Origin: Balanoglossus misakiensis
Lineage: Eukaryota > Animalia > Hemichordata
Direction of reading: 5' to 3'
Length of the DNA: 64,000 bases
Assembly: GCA_040954595.2 (NCBI GenBank)
Contig: CM082579.2
Coordinates: forward strand, 7,615,625-7,679,624
A program made the translations under genes and the position numbers. Shown one piece after another: positions 24,404 to 37,500 of the stretch. The number at the start of each line of letters is the position of its first letter. Within the stretch, counting starts at the first letter, position 1. The notes under the pieces are model-generated. The model was given only the letters and a program-made list of their open reading frames with translations, was not told where the DNA came from and did no database searches.

Positions 24404-27400
24404 TGAAAGTGTGTGAATATTTGATAGCAATAACAATTAAATATTAAATAAGAACAGAAAATAAAACCAGGGAAGGATAACATTGTATGAAACCGTTTCT
24501 GCTTTATGGAAGTTGTGAGGGTGAAAAAACAATGATATGTGAGCTGTAGTTTCATAAATGTCACCACAGAAACAGGTAAGTGCGAGCTCTAAATGTCAAG
24601 AGCTCGAGTCAAGTGTAAGAGCGACAGAAATGTAGCCTGTCATATGGGCATGCTCAGTCAGAGTTGGTGGGTGACACTGAAGTCTGAAATATGTGTTGAT
24701 AACTGAACTCAGCAGGACTCCAGATCTGTGAATATTAGTAAATCTAGCCTCAAAACCTGTGTTGTTGTGTTTTTTTATACATCGCAGATAAACCCTTGAG
24801 AACATGCCCAGTTGTCTTTTGTCATTATTTTATGGTTATTCGTTAGTTCTGTTCACGGTAAGATGCTGGCCTTGAGGAGACTGAGTGTGATCAGGCTTTC
24901 TGTATCTAGTGGACTTGCAGTTGAAAGTACACATACGTAGGTGTGTTTACTGAGATGCACGTTGTAGCCCTTGGCACTGTCAAACGCAGTGTGTGTATGT
25001 GAATTTAAAGGAAGAGTGTGGGTGAGATAAAATGTAGGAAAATATTTGTCGTTTGTTGAATGGACAGTGAAGTTAGGTATGAATAAGTTATATCAAAATG
25101 AAACACGGACTATAGAATACTGATAAAACGGTTGGTGAATTGCAGTTGCCATGTAAATTCCGAGTTGGAAATGATAATTAATTCTATATGTTGAGATGCC
25201 TGTAGACTGAATGTAATTTCACTGTCAGTGAAGATTTTATTTGTGTTTTGTACTGGAGTATTTCAAGGTAGAAAATTTGCTCAACGCTAAACAATAAACC
25301 CCAAATAATCTGTAAAGAAAAGCGTGTTAAAATTTTTATTTTTTATTACCGAAGAATCCATTGAAAGATATTGGAGTATGAAATATATTAAAACAGGTTT
25401 GCCTTTTGATACAAAACAGCGATTGGGTGACAACTGCTGTCTTGTAGATTTTCTTGTTCATGATTGATGTGGCCTCTGGTTTTTCTCTCTCCGACTGAAG
25501 AAACATCACAAAGTCTCGCCTTGTTCTTTTCTGCCTTTTTGCCGTATTTCAACCAAAGTAATGAACTGAAGATTGATCTATTGTCATCGCGGGAACCCCG
25601 CAGTGCGTCATATTAATTTTCTTGTAACCGTGATGAGGTGAAGGTGTACTTAGAGTGAGACGGCCGTTGTAGGCCCCCGGGCTGTTTGACATTTCTTTAA
25701 TATGAACTGCCCTTATGTTGGAGTATTAAAAAGAAGAAAAAAAATGTGTTGTTAGGGGAAAACAATATGGCTGTTGAGATTTGCAACAAAGCAGTGAATG
25801 GCAGGGTTCCGTGGCAAGAGACTGTCAGTTCTGCTGGTGAGGACACCTGTGTCAGCCATATGCCTGTCTCGTAGCATGGCACAATCGTGTATTGGATAGA
25901 CATGTTATAAATTCCAGGGAAAGCTCACCGTTGAATTATATTGATGAAAGAGCATTTGATTAACAATTTCAACAAACTTCATTTCAACATGAATCACATC
26001 AAGTGTGAAAACTGATCGCTATTAAAATGTACTGATATTAAAATTTAAATGTCCAAAGATTGGTGATTTTCCAAAGCTGAGCAGAGATAGTCGATGAAAA
26101 AAAAAACAAGTCCATCACTTTCATGTATCCATAGTGAAATTTGCAAGTTTGATTTTGCCCACGCACAGCGGTGAGCAATTTGATTTCCAAACCTCTCTGG
26201 CAACAAACTCAATGAACTGACTACGCACAGCCAGTAATGACAATATTGGTGCATCAAACACACAATTTGATGAAAATTAACTTTTTCGAAATTGGTTCGG
26301 ATGAGCGTCACCCCCGCCAGCACAGATCTCCGCGTAGCTTTCTTTTCACCTTCACCGTCACCAGACTCCAGTTGATTGGTTGGAAATCGAAGCTTTCTAT
26401 AAATGAGTTTTTTTTTTCCACACGGGATTGGAAATCTGTAATTTTGGGTAGTTTACTTTTTTGTTATAATGATAAATACACGGTTTCAATTTTTTCTGAT
26501 TTGCACGGCCAGGTATCGCTGTGTGAACTCTGGACGTGTTTTATCAAGGGTTTGAAGATATTCATACATTTCATAATTCATTTCACAGTTTATAAAGCTT
26601 ATGCATTATCCAGTACTCTGCTTTATAATACATGTATGCTGTAAGCTGGCTGTCAAGTGTCATGCAAAGGACAGTCAACAGAGGTGAAGGAAACCCATTT
26701 CTGTCCGGCTACATGTAGGCTGTTAACATTGTGAATTTTCTTCAGTCAATGCCAGGCGCAACATCTACAACAATTTCTTGTGGATGTTTAGAATAGAAAT
26801 TCTGGCGAAATGTAGGGCGAGGGTTCTGCATTTGGTCAAAGACGCCATCACTAATTACATGTACTATGTAGTTTTCAAGTCATTTCAGAGAAAAAAAATG
26901 CAACCAGTAGGACTTTGTAGGCATATATGTTTTTTTTTCATTCGATCAAAAATGGACAATCAAAATTTCCTATTAAAATCATCCAGGGTTCTCATTATTT
27001 TGCCGATGAATGCAAATTAAAGATTCTGTGTGCTTTCATATTCTCACAGACCATTTATCCGCGGTATATATATTGCAACTAATCAAATTTCATCGGTGAG
27101 ATATTGAAAATGTCACAAAAGACCAGTGATTGTCTGACTGTATTGTATAGGATCATAGAACACACATATACGTGTACTGGTACACCCTCAATTGTGTTCT
27201 CTGTCCCACAATGCATTGCTGTGACATTTCCAAACAGCACACATGTGAGGTGCCTGGGGAAAAGGTATCAATTTGAAACTGTGCTGGTTCACATGGAATA
27301 TGGCACAGGTCTTTGCGTCACTGATGTAGTTCGTGACGCCTGAAATGCACGACGCGCTCCACGCATTTTGCATCCGGCATGAGTTTTACAAACCCCGACC

Positions 27401-30049
27401 GACTAAAGTCACCCGTAATAAAATGTAGCATGCTTAGAGCACAAGGTGAACAGGTATTAAAATGGACCGTGCGTGTAGGGCGTCTGGGAGAACAGGTCGG
27501 GACATGAATGCTTATAAATAGCCAATCACACTTTTTCTAAATTTTCTAAAATTGACATAAAGGCTGAAAGTTTTGATTTCAAAGAGAGTGCTGCCATTTT
27601 GAGTTCATGGGAAAGGAGGTGGGGGGGGGGGGGGGGGGGGCTTCTATCTTCAGAGGCAGAACTCAGAGAGTGAAACACCCCATCTGCCTTGCAAAGAACA
27701 ATCGCAATTAAAGACTTGTAACAGAGCTTGTCCGTTAACAAAATTATAACAAAGCTGATTACTAGGACACCAAGCGATTCGGAAGAAGACTTCTAACTAT
27801 TATGATGAGAACATGCTGCCCGTGATCGTGACCAGGGCAGGGTAATATCACTTTAACATTAGCATGTTGGACGCAGCGTGGCTTTTTAAGTGAGAAACTC
27901 ATTACTCTTAAACAGGACATTTTGCGTCGTGTTCCCCCGGGATATGAACCTGTTTTGCATTGCTAAGATAGTGCAGGCATTGCTCAAATTGGTGGATTGT
28001 GGCAGTGTGTATAAATTTGGAAAGCATTTTCAAAATAAAACACTTATCTGCTAAAAACTGATCTTACACATACTGCCCCCCTAAAAAAATCCGGTGTTAT
28101 TCTTTTCAACCGTGTTTTTGAATCGACAGATGACCATATTTGTTAAGCATACGAAAATACAGAGAGTGTTTTGTTTCACAAAAGCTGGTCGCCGACGCCT
28201 GTTGAATTTGACACTGATAATACAACCGTAGTATGCATACAACTGCACGTGTGTAGCAACCAACCGCCAACACTAATGCTCTTCAACAAAGAACCATACA
28301 TAAAGCAAATGGCTCAGAACAGCTGAAATGTCACACTCCGTCATTTTAACCTTGCAGCTTCAAAAATACATTTGAGAGCTTTTTTTACAAGAACGGTTTT
28401 AAACTAACCCCAGCATGGTGTTGATCAGGTGCGAGTTCTTCACAAATGTTTATGAAATTCAAGAGCAAAGACGTGTGTGTTGTTCTCAGTTACTATCGAT
28501 AACAGATCAAATGAAAATTTGATTTCCGTCATGTCATGTGTCATCAATTTTCAGTTGCGAACTCAAGTTTCAAGATTGTGTGCACTGATGAAAATTTAGT
28601 TGTTCGAGAAAGTAGAGAAAATTGAGCATACCTTTAGCCAAATGTAATAATTTTACATAAGAAAGGAATGCGTTCAATCATCATTAGTACAGCCCTGTCA
28701 TTCGTAAATTGAATTTGACGAAAACTATTTACTGGAAAACGACTGGTTATGTGCAAATTATCATACATGTACATGTGGCGGTATTCTCTTGGATGTATTC
28801 CAAAAGGGAGCAAACTCGATTTTCTTTTGAATCCCGGAAAAGTCCGGGAAAGTTTTAGAGCTCTCCTGGATAGCCCTGGGAATATTGATTGAACTGCTTG
28901 TGCTACCGCTAAATGTGGATAATCGTGAACAAATTCGATATTTCTCACCTGAAAACCAGCAGGAAAACCGTAGAAAAAGTATGGAATTTTGAGTGGGTTG
29001 GGCTGTATGAACCCTGTAAGACTGTGGGCCCTTGCTAAGTCGTGTGTGTTGGAATCAGTCTTCTACACTGACACTGCATGTATTGAACGTGGAACTTGGC
29101 AAAATTTCTGTTTTAGTTTGACTACAGTGGGAGCCATAGCAAACCCACCACTCGACCGAAACCATGACTTGGCAAAGGTGTGTGAAACAATGTCCGATGA
29201 ATACCATCATCAACTCCCGTCAGTCACTTTAATAGATTAGGGTAGATGTCACAAACCATGTGTTTTGAAAATTCTCAGAATATACCATGTTTCTGATGTG
29301 ATTACTGAGAAAAAAATGCAAGACAGATAATCTGGTGATATTTTATACTGTACCAAAGCAAAGCCAGAGCCCCCCAAATTTGTGTCACATTTATATCGAA
29401 AGTGCGCTTTTCACTATATTGTAATCTCTTCATGTACCGCTCAACCCAGTGTTCAATCTCGCACAGCAAGTTTAGGGTCAGGCCCGTGTGCACGAACTAC
29501 AGTAGATGGTGTGGATGAGAACGCTAGTCCGATCACTCCCATTTCGGAAGCCTGATTACGCACCAACCTAATCTGCTGATTAATCCCCGGAGATCTCGTT
29601 AAGACTACGCGCTGTCTTTGCATCGCCCACCTATTCAACCGGGGCCCACAGTTCTCGAAATAAAGTGATTGTCTGTCAGCGGCTGTTTTTGTCCTTTGAT
29701 ACTATCCGTTTCATTTCCTGGAGAGGTCAGCCGCACGGGACTTGGAGACCAAGGGAACCCGCATAGTCTTTGATTAATTGGGAAACTGTCACAGAGATCA
29801 AACAGGTTTCTTTTTCCTCTGACATGTACATGTGATGCACTCACTGACAGTTACCGCACCACGCCTACGAGAAGCTGGGCTCAAATTTGATGGCAATTTT
29901 TTTGAACGCCCTTGTTTATCAAATCATCCAAATCTACACAATTACGTGTTGAATATTTTGGGCATGCATGTATTTGGAAATTTGCAAATTGTTATGAACT
30001 CTCACTCCCTTGGGATTCACTTTGCTGATTCAGTACCTAACTGGACAAC

Positions 30050-30098
30050 TTAAAGGGGATAGATGTAATCCACAGCTGACCTGTTGTATCCCTTTAAA
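30050..30098. mobile_element. 49-bp miniature element TTAA-AGGGGATA...TATCCCCT-TTAA
   Basis: Perfect 12-bp inverted termini including TTAA at both ends. Confidence 0.5.
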
Positions 30099-33000
30099 CA
30101 GTTTTGTGTTAGTAACTGTGCATATCCCAGATTTCCTGCCTTCCGTTTACATTGCGTTATGGGGATAATGAATTTGGCTATCATGTTTTCAGTGATGACA
30201 CCGCGATGATATTTGTTCATCATCGCAAAAAAATAACAGCTATCTCCCTGATCAAACGGGCAACGCCCTGCCTGTGTCAGAGGACACTTGTTTGATCACA
30301 TTCCGGCGTCTGATAGCGTTGATCTCTCCACCAACGTACATGTAGATTAGGAGAGTACAGTGTCCAGTCATTTCAAACTACAGATACCAGTACAGATAAG
30401 TAGTAGTCCCTTCAACGAGGACAGTTGCGTTGGTGTCAACCACAGTTCATCTTTATCATTGCTGCACTCTACGCAAGAGTGCCATAGGTTACATTCTTCA
30501 GGTCCAAAGCCTGTGAAGTCTTGCTCCACAAAATGTGCTGAATCGTCAGTCTCATGAACACTGCTGATCCCATACTTGTACAATGTATATTGGTTGTAGG
30601 CATTAAATTTGAACATATTTTGCATCAGTGTTCCATCTACCTTGGCTTGAGAAATCCCCAGGAGACACTGAATGAATGACTAATGCGGGATGCAGTGTTT
30701 TGATGCAGAAAATGGTGTTATGGAGCGTGTCTATGAGCCACAGTTATTACTTTGACTTTCAGGCGGGGCACCGCTTGGTTGTGAACGTTTTGTCCCAAAG
30801 TAAATTGAACCATGAATAATTTAGCAAACACTCTAATATAGTCAAGTACCTATCCGATGGTCTTTCGGTGAGACTGTAATTGTTTCTTGTTTACACACCT
30901 GAGCCAAATCTGTGCAATACATCTTTTATGCTTATTCCCCCCCAGAGGGGGTGGCGAGAGAGTGACAGAATGGCTAGAAATCAGAGCTGTGACAGGCGTG
31001 CATATAGGCGATGGCTGTCTAGGTCATAGGTCAGCTCTATCGGTATCTGTCATATGTTTTCGTGGAATCCAATATTGGAAATATTTTGCAGTGAAGGTAA
31101 ATGAGATGTGACGAGTGAAGAACGCCACATGTTGGGAATAAAAATTTCAACAATGTGGAGGATTATCGTCATGTTCATAGAGGTTTTGAATTTAGTTCAA
31201 TATGTCAACATATTCATCGGAACATCAGGTGCAATGGTTCTCATGGCCAACCAGAAAAAAAAAATCATGAATAGACAGCGTTGTGTTTTTCCATGTCAAA
31301 ACATTATATGGGTTTTTCCAGTATACTTGACATAAGTCATACTCCAGCAAATATTTTTGAGCAAGATGCAAATTCTGAAAGAGAATGACTGAAGAAGCCC
31401 CTTTTGATTTTCACAAATGTATACCACAAGAAGTTGGACAAAATGTTGGGCTGTACTGTAAAATGAGTTTCAGAGCAATAAAAGTCTTTAAAATAGGATC
31501 TTTAAAATAGGAAAAAATGTCTTTCATTTTTGAAAGAATACTGAAGAGACTTGGGTATTGTAAGTTTAAATTGAGATTGTCTGTTTTCTGACAGGTAACA
31601 TATTGCTTTTAAACCCAAAGGATCACGGATTGCATTTGGTTCTGTTTTTATCATCAGTATCTTGCATGTCATTTTGTAATAATATGAATTATTTTGCCTT
31701 GTGGATATTATTTATCCACCTCTGGGTGCAGTATGTTATTCTCTTTTGTGACGTGAATTAAAACTGATGGACGTCATTCTTGATTCGGTCTCCTGACTGC
31801 AGACTCGATCATAGTTGCACCCACTAGAATTATACCAGTATTTTGCAGCGGGATTAACATCGTTGGCCCATCTCAAGAGGTAACAGTTCACAAACAAATA
31901 GACAGCAGAAATTAATTGGCGCGATGCAGGATGTAGGCTGAGTTGATTATTCATTCATGGCCGTGTGTGCATTACGCGCATGTCATCCTTGGGTGAACTA
32001 AACCAGAAACGTATTGGATCTAATTTGTCAAATGAATCCCCCCCAAATACCCACATGACTCTCTAGTCAGGAACTATGTGGTATAATTGCCTTGTGTAAT
32101 TATTAGGTCCCTGGTGGTATCAGATGCAATAATGAACTCCTGTAGGCTGAAATAAGACATGTTGGACTCACGTTTTACTCTCTGGGATTTTTTTAAGCTC
32201 AAGGTTTATAAATTTTGAAGTGAAATCTGAGTGATGACTTTTGATGGCTTTGATCTCGTGTTGTTTTGATCTCCTGTGTGATTGTAAAACGATAAATCTG
32301 AATAGAATGTTTTTTCGCCGATCTGTCAGCCGAACAAGACAAGATGCGTTTCACTTGATGGCACCCGCCGGCAGCGATCTCACCCACGTGTGAATGCGGT
32401 TGTCCGCCTTGAAACATTTCATTGCCTCTCAGGGTCACGCGTTGCCACACAACTTCAGAATTCGACTTGATTTTGTTCGTGCGGGGTCTTTGCCGGCCGT
32501 TGACAGATCTAATAAATCTGCTGACGTCTTTCCCTGGTGGAGTTCGCATTGTGGCTTGACGCTATGCATAGTAATAGCGCAGACTGGCAAAGTCTGATGA
32601 TGCGTTAGTTGGTTACTTAGCAACTCCAATCAATATCTCATCTCCGCGAGGAATAGAGCCTTTTCACTGATTTCACGATGCACTTTCCAGGTTGAAAGGA
32701 AACCGTGTCGTCTAATTGGGAATTGAAGTTTAATCCAAACTGGTTATCTAAATCTCCACCTTAATGCATGTACCATGAAGTTAAAACACTAAATGTCTGC
32801 GGTTATTTTGTGATGAGCATTTCAATTGTATACAGGGCATTACCTCGGCATACTTGGTAACAAGTTAAATTTCTAGGAAAGGGAATGTGATAATAGTGTG
32901 CTGTAAAAATCTTTAATTCTGTTGAATTCTTCATGGATTTGGAAGAATGTTGTCATGGCATTATTCATGAGCAAAACTTTTACTTTTACCTTGGATGAAA

Positions 33001-34159
33001 CTATTAAATTTACATTGCACTGATTTTATTGGTCAGAGATCTGTGATATCAAGCGTGTATTGAAAAGCACGCTAGTTATATTGATAATTAAGTACAATTT
33101 CTAAGGGGAGATATTAATATCAAAAGGTACTGTCAAATTTCTTCATTCTGTTGAATGACACTAGTTTGAGCGGGAGAAAATGGAAGAAATCCAGCTTATG
33201 GTACTGTAATTGGTATGTTTCTTGACCTGAATTCAATTTCAGATGAACTGTGTAGGTGTGAGACTCGGTAGAAAAGTGTGTGTGACTTGAGGAACTAGAA
33301 GTTGTTTATTCAGATGTTGCTTGTTAGTCGGGGGTTAAAAATAACCTGGTGATGATTTGTCCGTGGTTTCTGTATTCAGGCAATACAGAGTGGACTGACA
33401 TCATCATGCATGGCGGCATTTCGTTGTTAATCCTGTATGCATAGAGGCTCGGTATTGATTTGCAGGTGGGCGAAGTTGGAGGGGATAATGGCCAAATGGC
33501 CGTTTGTTGCTGAACATAAAAAGCAAACATTTCACCATTTCATTAAAAGAAGGCTGTTAAGTTTGTGACAGGGCCAGATTTTCCAATGTGTGGCAGTGTC
33601 AATCAGTAAGTTTTGTACAGTTTGGCCTACTACGTATTTCCCAGTTTATGTTTGTAGGATCCAAAATGGTGGCTGCTCTCTGTTACAAATTTGTGGGTAG
33701 ATCCCAGTGGAGGCTGCTGTAGACTGTTGGACTGATTGAGATAAAAGTGCTCAATCTAAGCTGCCACAACCAGCTGTCTGGTTCATATGTACCCGTCCAC
33801 TGCACTGGTGAATATTGATGCGAGTACACAGTGCTCATGACAAGGAGGGACCCTATCATCTAATGAAATGTAATTATCACTACATCGGCACCGACATGTA
33901 CTTGAGATGCTGGGGAGAGACCTCCATGTTAATCTTTTTTAGTTTGACTCTGTCTCTTTGCGAGTCGTGTGTCTCCTCACTCACTTCGCGATTGTCCGCC
34001 TCGTTGCTAGTCTTCCGACGTCCTCTCCCTCTTTGCTAGTCCGCCGATAACATGTCTTCAGGGCTCTCATTTCCTCTTGTCTGGCTGGTTGCCATGCATT
34101 GTAACAGCGTCAGTGCTCGTCCGATTGCCATCTTGGATTCAGTCTTTCTCAAGATTTAT

Positions 34160-34530
34160 TATTAGTCCCTGTTGACGTAGTCTCAGGGACTTCTGGACTG
34201 GACTCCGTCTGTCTGTCTGTCTGTTTATCTGTCTGTTCATGAATGTGCCCATCCAGTGCATTTCTAGCTTAGGCAATTCTTGGAGATACTAATTGGACAT
34301 GTGTGAGCTGAGGTTCAAGCTTGTTACATGCATAAGGAAAATATACCTTGCCATCCATATGCACATCTGTGTTGTATTATAATCATATACTTTTGCTGAT
34401 ATATATGTGAATGACTTCATTCATTTGTGCTGTGATGCGATCCAATATGGCTGACATGCAGGCATTTATTATCTTGTCCAGAGTTATTACTTAAACATGC
34501 CTGATTTAAACTTGGCAGGAGGAAAATACA
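34160..34530 (+). mobile_element. HINE/DINE-like (Helentron-derived) non-autonomous element relic
   Basis: T-rich start, subterminal hairpin GTCCCTG...CAGGGAC (34165-34190), then a (GTCT)n microsatellite at about 34207-34235. The right boundary is approximate. Confidence 0.45.
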
Positions 34531-37500
34531 GGCCTTTTTTTCTTGATGAAATCCAGTGCAGGTGCCTGGTGCCCATTTCCCTGTGAACTTCTTGTGTGCT
34601 GAAGTATTTTGAACTTTTGGAAAGTTATTGAGGAAAACCCCAGTTAATGACCATCCGAGGAAACCTAAACCCCAACTCTAATACAACAAAATGATCTAAA
34701 AGAGCCATTGCTGGTTGAAATGAATGAAACCTGATTTTTGATTGTAGAGAGATTGTGCATTTCTTTTCAGCGCGGCTGCTGTATTTTGCGTTATGAGGTC
34801 TGACAAATGACCGCACACGCACCAGGCTTTGTAAGTACTAATAATTGACTAACCGCAGGACTCCCGAAGATCATCTATCTTCACCGGGGACGCCCAAAAT
34901 ACCCAGTAATCTCCAAAAACTCCACAGATTTGTTATTTGACAGCTTGTGGTCCTCATCGGCAACCCACTAAGTAGAGAGGATCTCTCTCCTTCATGAGGA
35001 GAATTGATGGATAAAAGCCCCCAGTGTTGCTATTAAAAGTCGGCCATCATCCCCGACCCCTTCTGTGACAATTGCTCAATTTTCCTTCCTGTCAGAGAGT
35101 CCACCGTTTCTGATTTCTGCTCTCGTGTATCATATTGGAATACGCTTACTGTTATTTTCTGCGCGCCTTTTCAATTTTCCCCTTGGGCGGGTCTGCCATC
35201 ATGCAATACTGCAAAAAGAAATTGTCCCAACAGTGAAGCGTGCTATTGTAACAAAATGGATTTGGGGGGAAAATGAGCTTCACCGCAATTTTCTGAAAGT
35301 TGTTTGTATCACTGTTTTTCCTGTTTCCTTCTTGTTATTTTGGGGGGGAAATTTTGCAAATTGTGTGACCGTAATAGTACAGTGAAAGCTTGAGGGGATT
35401 TTCTTTACACAGCAACCTGGTTTCTTTTAGTCCAAATATCCTGCAAGCATTACTGCATGATCATGTTTAATTAAGGTTGTCCTGAACATTACTTTTGTGC
35501 AGTAGGAAGTGACGTGTAGTAGTTTACTGAGAATTCAGTGTCATTGGTGTATGTTGAGGAAAATCTCACCATGTGAAATCGGCTTCAGGCTTATACACAG
35601 AATTCCCATGCAGAATTCCCATCGACAGCCAGTTCACCACGGCATGTCGTCACTATTTTTAGATGCGTCCGGAAAGGAGATGTAGCAGATTGCTTGCAGG
35701 TAAAAGTGTTAGTGTACTTGACTTAATGTGGACTAAAAGGTTTGTTACCGACACATGTCTTGCCCTGTCAGCTAAGATGTCGGTTGATGAAAAGGACTAT
35801 ATATAGTGATTGATAAAGTTTTCCCACATGCCAGAACTGATTCCATTCAAATTTGGTTGTTGGATAAATGTACTCCAAAATAAGCATGTCAGTTTGTGTT
35901 CTGATACAATCTAAAATGACTGCCAGGTGGCCATTTTGGTGTGATCTTTTCATGGCTAGTACATGGCTAAGCCACGCGATCAGAACGCAAACTGTCCCAC
36001 AACCCCCTGCGTTATTCGATCCGCGAAGTGGTCCATACTGCTGTTTCCTGCTCCATGTCAACCGAACTTCAGGCCGTCAGGATTCTAATGAATTTGTGTG
36101 CTCTTCCGACTAAGTAATAGTTACGTATTACCTCAGTTGGCAGTTTTGAAGCCTGTATTGGCTAAATCGGATTTTGTCTGCGCCGTTTAATCGAATTCAT
36201 CCACTCAGTGGGCCATCAGATCCCATATTTCCTCATCAGTGTGGAGAAATGAAGCGTGACATCATCTAATTATGCTGTGCTCTGTATTGGCCGCTCCCTA
36301 CGTGGTATAGTGTGCTGTAACTCGCCAAGTTTGATCCCCCTGTGTGTGTTTTGTATGAGAGCAGTGTGTGGGAGGCGATGCATTTTCGTTAAGTGCGTAG
36401 TTTGTGAAAAGAAATGAACTTGGTAGTAGGGAAGAGGGATCATCAAACAGTTAGAATCGAAAGTTGTGATAAACATCATCTCTGTTATAAATTGTATGAA
36501 TGTATTTATATAATGATATATTTTATGAATAATAAACTAGAAAGTTATCTAGAAATCACAGTACTTTCTCTTGATTCAACTGAGCATACCCAGTTTCCAA
36601 CTGTAAGTTTGCCGTTGATTTATTGGACCGTGGTGTTAGGCAGTAAAATGATCAGGGATTCTGGATATGTTTCCAAACCCTTGGCGATTGAATCTGTTGC
36701 TCACGCAGCTGTTGAAGCAGAAAATATTATCGAGAGTTTAAGATAAACATTAGTAATTGCACAAAGGTATATTAATATTTTAAAATTGAACATATTTTAT
36801 GGTCGTATCTCAGCCAGATGTGACAGGGTATGTGAATCCCTTTGGGTATAGCAGTTGTGTTTCTGTGTGACAAGAATTTGATGCTGTTCCAGGTAATTCG
36901 CCGTGTGAACTATTGTTTTGTGTACGAATAAGGTGTCACTCTTAATGTTCAATGTTTATTACCTGTTCACATTTGGCTCGAAATCCCTAACCCTAAGTTT
37001 TCACAGCTGAGTGTTGTGCAACATTTCTCTAAAGTATTATGGCGATTTTCGAGGAGAAATGTTGGCTCTCAGAACATGGCACACACCACACCACATCACA
37101 ACCCAGAACTGGACTGTATGCTTGTTTATACAAACCAAACAATCTTACAACAATAAAGGGGGGCCTGGCGTTTGATTCTAGTGACATTTCCCTGTTCCGT
37201 ACGAAAGCTCAATTTCACAGCATACAGTTCACAGGTTTGGTTGTGTGTGAATACTGTAAGTCGATACGAAGAAGTATAACCTCTCGGCCTCGAGACATCT
37301 TCTGCAAATATTGTCACCTTTGCAAGATGCAAGATGAGTGCTCCACTCAAACTGAATATAGATGACATTTCCCAGACTGCAGCTTGCAAGATCCATTTTG
37401 ATCACACAAAAGATAATGGCCTTCCCCTGACGAACCAATTTGTGCACACGGCCATATATGGCAATCTGCGGTCCTAGATATGGAATTATTGATTTTTGTT

